Shown here: positions 55,695 to 59,529 of the stretch, one piece after another
Layout of the letters: each line of letters opens with the position of its first letter
Position numbering within the stretch: position 1 is the first letter of the stretch
DNA from: a virus
Lineage: Duplodnaviria > Caudoviricetes
Strand: one strand, 5' to 3'
Virus record (IMG/VR): IMGVR_UViG_3300032257_000014
Location: 1 to 59,529 of that record
DNA: 59,529 nt
Made by a program: the position numbers and the translations under genes
Notes under the pieces: model-generated
Databases searched by the model: none
Seen by the model: the letters and a program-made list of their open reading frames with translations, nothing else
Told to the model about the DNA's origin: nothing

Positions 55695-55889
55695 CTAATA
55701 GTTATAGTCACCAGAACAAACTAGTGTTCTGTACTCAAGATCAACAAGCCACTGTATGTGGTCTTTATAAGGCTTAGGTACATGTTCAAGATGATCATAC
55801 ATATTGAATAAAGCAATAGCTATATCTTCTGAAGCAATCGGCTTATATTCACCTGGTACTACACTTGTTGTAGATGGTTCAATTTTCAT
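55695..55889 (-). CDS. Hypothetical protein
   Basis: GAGG RBS, in the operon. Confidence 0.5.
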   Translation of the reverse strand: MKIEPSTTSVVPGEYKPIASEDIAIALFNMYDHLEHVPKPYKDHIQWLVDLEYRTLVCSGDYNY

Positions 55890-55891
55890 TG

Positions 55892-56317
55892 TTACCTCAC
55901 ATGCACTATAAATACACAGCTATACGTACTTTCAATGTCTACGATAATACGTTCCACATCTTTCCAGATAAGACCACCTAAACCACATCCTATTTTAGGT
56001 ATATTTATTAGGTTAGACATTTCAGCTAATTGAATTAAACATTTACGCAAAGCTACAATATCTGCATAAATTTTATTGTCTCTTCCATAATGCTCTTGAG
56101 TATGGCAGTTAGCTACTGTAACAAAAGCAGATACTGCAACTAGCTGCACATCCCCTAAAGAATGTGAATTTAGATTTAAATACTCTTCCCTTACTTCTGG
56201 GTAAACAGAATACAAAGCTCTAGCTACACCAGATCCCATTACATGCTGGCAATTAACACCATGAGCAATAAGTCCGTAGGCAACATCAGTTATGTCTGAG
56301 TTCTCTTTTAAGATCAT
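55892..56317 (-). CDS. Macrodomain ADP-ribosylhydrolase (DarG/TARG1/Poa1p-like)
   Basis: IAHGVNC..VMGSGVA, ANCHTQ, IPKIGCGLGGL.W. Confidence 0.88.
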   Translation of the reverse strand: MILKENSDITDVAYGLIAHGVNCQHVMGSGVARALYSVYPEVREEYLNLNSHSLGDVQLVAVSAFVTVANCHTQEHYGRDNKIYADIVALRKCLIQLAEMSNLINIPKIGCGLGGLIWKDVERIIVDIESTYSCVFIVHVR

Positions 56318-57798
56318 TACAACCCCTTAAGGACAGTAGCTCTGATTTCTTCAAGTGAAGTTTCTTTTATAATATTACCGTTATAGAACACAGTTTCTAA
56401 CAAACCACTTTCTTCTTGTTCACGAGTTTGGTTATCAAACATAGTAATGACACCATCTATTTCTTCAATACGTAATAAGCCTTTAGCAGACTTTTTACCT
56501 GGGTCAGTTTTAGGATCTTTAAATACTGCAGTATCCACACCATCTTTAATAATATGAGTAGCTTTAACAGCTGAACCATGAGTATCACGAGTTACATATT
56601 GATACGTATAACTGCCAACACCTAATACAACTGAAGGTACAAAACCTTTTTCCATTAAGCGTTCATAAATTTCTTTCTGACGATCCAACGTAATTGCATC
56701 ACCGTAGATAGCACCAATATGAGAATCAAGTAGTTTGTAACCTTCTTTTGTTACAGTACCACCGAAGGTATCCCATAGGCATTCTATTAAACCTTTACCT
56801 TCTGGGCATAAGGATTCACGATCTGTAGTGAAACGTTCAGATTTCCAGCCACAAAGTATTTCTACTGGGTCACCTGAGTCAGGACGAATAACTACTGTCC
56901 CATCACGGGCCATAATATCTTCTTTAAGTAGTGGCAAAGTAACTGTCACTAGATTCCAGAAGTCCCATGTATCAGATACCAAGCTTAATACACCAGAAGG
57001 TGTAATCTTATTCATAAGATGACGGAAGAAAACTTCTTCACCTTCATCCATCCACTGACAAGTTACACCGTGCTCTGTTGCATCTACGGTAACACCAACA
57101 ACTTCAGTATCAACATTAGCGTTGTAATACTTTTCTGCAAATAAGATAGCAGGGATAGTGTCAGTACCGATTAAACCACTAGCTAAGTGACCGAAACCAG
57201 ACATAGCTCCAGCCTGCTTACCAAATGTTCCGCGCATACTAAAGTCATGAGCCATCATTCTAATTAAAAACTCTGGTAACCCAGTAGCTTTAGCCATTTC
57301 GATGACATTTTTGTAATAAGCTCGAGCAGTAGTAGCTGATGTACTGATTGGCCATACTTCTGTACTAGTTACAGTTTCGATAGCACCAGGTAACCATTCA
57401 AAATCTTCATGTGTGCTTGCAATAGTGAAACTAGCTACACCATAAGGAACTAATGTACCTTCAGGTAGTGCTTTAATTTTAAGTGGTAAATACCCAAGAT
57501 CATGTAAAGCTTCAAGATGTTCAACATCAACTTCTTTGCCCAACATAGCAGACAAAATTCGTTTATGATTATGTACAGCTTCATCTTTTGGGTTGAAGAA
57601 AAATTCTCTATTCCACTCATCAACTAAATGATCTTTAATAAAGTACTGTAACCCAACTAACAATACACCTTGTGAATCTGGAACATTGGAATGTTTACTA
57701 GATCGGTTAGTAAAGTTAAGGTAAGTAGAACTCACTGCAGGATGACCTGCTTTACGGTGATATTCTTTGTATCCATCTTTTTGCATTGTTGCAGACAT
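56317..57798 (-). CDS. namat: Nampt-family transferase, probably NARP1 nicotinamide ADPR-transferase
   Basis: DGYKEYH, LGYLPLKIKALPEG, HDFSMRG, GTDT, ATEH, SDTWD, IRPDSGDP, IYGDAIT, KSAKGLL; start reassigned to MSATM. Confidence 0.85.
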   Translation of the reverse strand: MSATMQKDGYKEYHRKAGHPAVSSTYLNFTNRSSKHSNVPDSQGVLLVGLQYFIKDHLVDEWNREFFFNPKDEAVHNHKRILSAMLGKEVDVEHLEALHDLGYLPLKIKALPEGTLVPYGVASFTIASTHEDFEWLPGAIETVTSTEVWPISTSATTARAYYKNVIEMAKATGLPEFLIRMMAHDFSMRGTFGKQAGAMSGFGHLASGLIGTDTIPAILFAEKYYNANVDTEVVGVTVDATEHGVTCQWMDEGEEVFFRHLMNKITPSGVLSLVSDTWDFWNLVTVTLPLLKEDIMARDGTVVIRPDSGDPVEILCGWKSERFTTDRESLCPEGKGLIECLWDTFGGTVTKEGYKLLDSHIGAIYGDAITLDRQKEIYERLMEKGFVPSVVLGVGSYTYQYVTRDTHGSAVKATHIIKDGVDTAVFKDPKTDPGKKSAKGLLRIEEIDGVITMFDNQTREQEESGLLETVFYNGNIIKETSLEEIRATVLKGL

Positions 57799-57799
57799 A

Positions 57800-58678
57800 T
57801 TAGTACCATTTAATTGTATGAAGATTTTTATGAGTCTGACCATGTAAAACTGTGTCAGTCGTATAAATATTAGATAAGCCACTGTCAAATAGACATTGCA
57901 CACCTTTGGAAAATATTCCATGTGATACGTACAAATCTATTTTTGCAGGATTACCTTTCCAGAGTTCTTTAATAAGCCCTATAAAAGTTCCACCACCATC
58001 ACAGATGTCATCAACAATAAGCAAATGCTTACCTTCAACATCACCTTCATATGAAAATCCAGACAGGTTTCCTGACTTTGGATCACGTATTTTTAAGCCT
58101 TGTATAGTGTCAATTATTTCAAGTGCTTCAGCAGCTTCATTAACTTTACCGGTAGCACCTTTGTCAGGAGCAACTAGCGTAATTTCACGTTTACCGCCAT
58201 GCTTTGGAAAGTAATCCATCATCCACGGTATTCTTACCAGCATATCTTGCTGTGTATTTATAAATGTTCTAGCATTAAATTTAGAAGATGAAATTTTACT
58301 GTGAGGATCTAGTACATTTATCTTATCTATGGATAGACTGTTTATTAATTTACTGAACACTTCAGAGCTGAATGCTTCACCTGGATTACAAATTCTGTCT
58401 TGTCTTCCATAAGGTATATATCCAAGGTTCAATATTATTGGACAAAACAATTCTGTATTAGATAAAGCATTGTCTAATAGTATTAATGCCATAACTCCAG
58501 TTGAATCAGCAATTCTACAATCAATACTTAGCTTTTTAACTTTGCGTAAATCTTCTGCCATAAATTCTTCAGGTAAACATACATTTATTTCACCACCAGG
58601 AAACTGACCAATTGAAATATGCAGTGTTTTTTCTTCAAAAGGTGGAAGTACATAGGTAATTGATAAAGTGTTATTCAT
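57800..58678 (-). CDS. adps: PRPP-synthetase homologue, probably NARP1 ADPR-pyrophosphate synthetase
   Basis: FPGGE, YIPYGRQDR, DPHS, APDKGA, IVDDICDGGGTF, SHGIFS; directly upstream of the Nampt homologue. Confidence 0.85.
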   Translation of the reverse strand: MNNTLSITYVLPPFEEKTLHISIGQFPGGEINVCLPEEFMAEDLRKVKKLSIDCRIADSTGVMALILLDNALSNTELFCPIILNLGYIPYGRQDRICNPGEAFSSEVFSKLINSLSIDKINVLDPHSKISSSKFNARTFINTQQDMLVRIPWMMDYFPKHGGKREITLVAPDKGATGKVNEAAEALEIIDTIQGLKIRDPKSGNLSGFSYEGDVEGKHLLIVDDICDGGGTFIGLIKELWKGNPAKIDLYVSHGIFSKGVQCLFDSGLSNIYTTDTVLHGQTHKNLHTIKWY

Positions 58679-58856
58679 ATTCCCTTCTTAGGTTTGAGGC
58701 TGTTGATAATATTTTCCATAAATCTTCTGCTTTAATCATTAAATCAGTATGCTCAATACCAGCCGCTTCTGCATCTTCCATACATAGATAACACTCACAC
58801 TCAGTATCGTGTGTTATTGGCTTATCGTTAATAGTGCTTGTATCTGGTTTAGTCAT
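58671..58856 (-). CDS. Hypothetical protein with an HxxxCxCxxC motif
   Basis: HDTECECYLC; overlaps its neighbours. Confidence 0.5.
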   Translation of the reverse strand: MTKPDTSTINDKPITHDTECECYLCMEDAEAAGIEHTDLMIKAEDLWKILSTASNLRREYE

Positions 58857-59055
58857 TAGGTTTCTCCGGTAGTGGCATCCAGTGAGTAACGTCTGTGTCT
58901 CTATAGCCGTTATCCGCTATAAATCTGCCTCCTTTCCTATCACCATTCCATACAGCCATAGAGACTATATAATTATCATCTGCATCAGTAGTCCACGTTA
59001 AGACATATTGATGTAATTCAGGCAATCTATCTTTAATACTTATCCAGTCACTCAT
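58849..59055 (-). CDS. DUF551 family protein
   Basis: WISIKDRLPE...VTHWMPLPEKP. Confidence 0.9.
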   Translation of the reverse strand: MSDWISIKDRLPELHQYVLTWTTDADDNYIVSMAVWNGDRKGGRFIADNGYRDTDVTHWMPLPEKPND

Positions 59056-59171
59056 TAGGTTTCTCCGTTGTACTCTTAACTTTTACTTCACCAAAATGAA
59101 CACGGAATAGCTTTACTTTGCTTACTCGCATCTCCATCTCCACTTTAGTTGTTTATATGTTTATAGGGGTG

Positions 59172-59426
59172 TTAAATATCTAATACTTTACTAATTCGCT
59201 CTATTGATATATCAGCTGAGGCTTTCAATTCATGCTTATATATTTCGCAGTCAGTACGGCCTAACACCTCAACCCATATCGCAAAGGCTTTAGCTTCTTC
59301 TAGTGCGTTTGTAAGCTCGACTAATTTTTTATAAACAACGTCAGCATGAACAACTTCACCTTCCAGCCTATCTTGCGCTGTAATTACAGTGTGATTCTCT
59401 ATCCATTTTTCTAATTCTTCACTCAT
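59172..59426 (-). CDS. Hypothetical protein
   Basis: GAGGA RBS, 84-aa ORF. Confidence 0.5.
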   Translation of the reverse strand: MSEELEKWIENHTVITAQDRLEGEVVHADVVYKKLVELTNALEEAKAFAIWVEVLGRTDCEIYKHELKASADISIERISKVLDI

Positions 59427-59529
59427 CTATTTATCCTCATACTGTTTGCGAAGGGTGGCTATTAACTCAGTTAAACTTATTGCTGTTTTATCCAGAGCAC
59501 GCCATTTACTTTCAAACTCATCCAGCACC

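Noticed and set aside
57799-57921. 41-aa N-terminal extension of the Nampt-like ORF
   Set aside because: It overlaps the 3' end of the Prs homologue; homology begins just after the ATG at 57798.
35814-59529. N4-type hairpin vRNAP promoters and RNAP II subunit genes
   Set aside because: None could be recognised; the early region is probably outside the window, so absence from the genome cannot be claimed.

Overview
AT-rich dsDNA phage segment with an N4-like (Schitoviridae-type) virion and late module on the + strand (1-35.8 kb). Its order is TerS, TerL, gp67-like adaptor, tail spikes, lysis cassette with nested Rz/Rz1 spanins (so a Gram-negative host), portal, scaffold, N4-type major capsid, gp55/54/53/52/51-like proteins and a virion-packaged single-subunit RNA polymerase. 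A convergent - strand arm (35.8-59.5 kb) encodes SSB, a Sak4-like ATPase, a PD-(D/E)XK nuclease, a split family A DNA polymerase, a helicase-primase, a MoxR ATPase pair, an SF1 helicase, dNMP kinase, several HNH/GIY-YIG nucleases and counter-defence candidates (NARP1-like Adps+Namat and a macrodomain; a Tad2-like sponge sits at the start of the + arm). The most unusual observations are: (1) two ORF-free arrays (36.79-37.21 kb and 44.18-44.87 kb) of discrete stem-closed structured RNA units on the - strand, including a 190-nt tRNA-Leu-like RNA with a ~110-nt inserted domain, pseudoknotted units and colinear complementarity between two units; (2) a virion RNAP apparently split into 920-aa and 2035-aa chains, each with its only cysteine at the split point; (3) a CoaB-like ligase fused to a class II aldolase; (4) an HNH cassette that has replaced the 3' end of its target gene; (5) a stand-alone ClpX zinc-finger mini-protein. 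All assignments come from by-eye motif and base-pairing recognition; no searches or folding programs were run.
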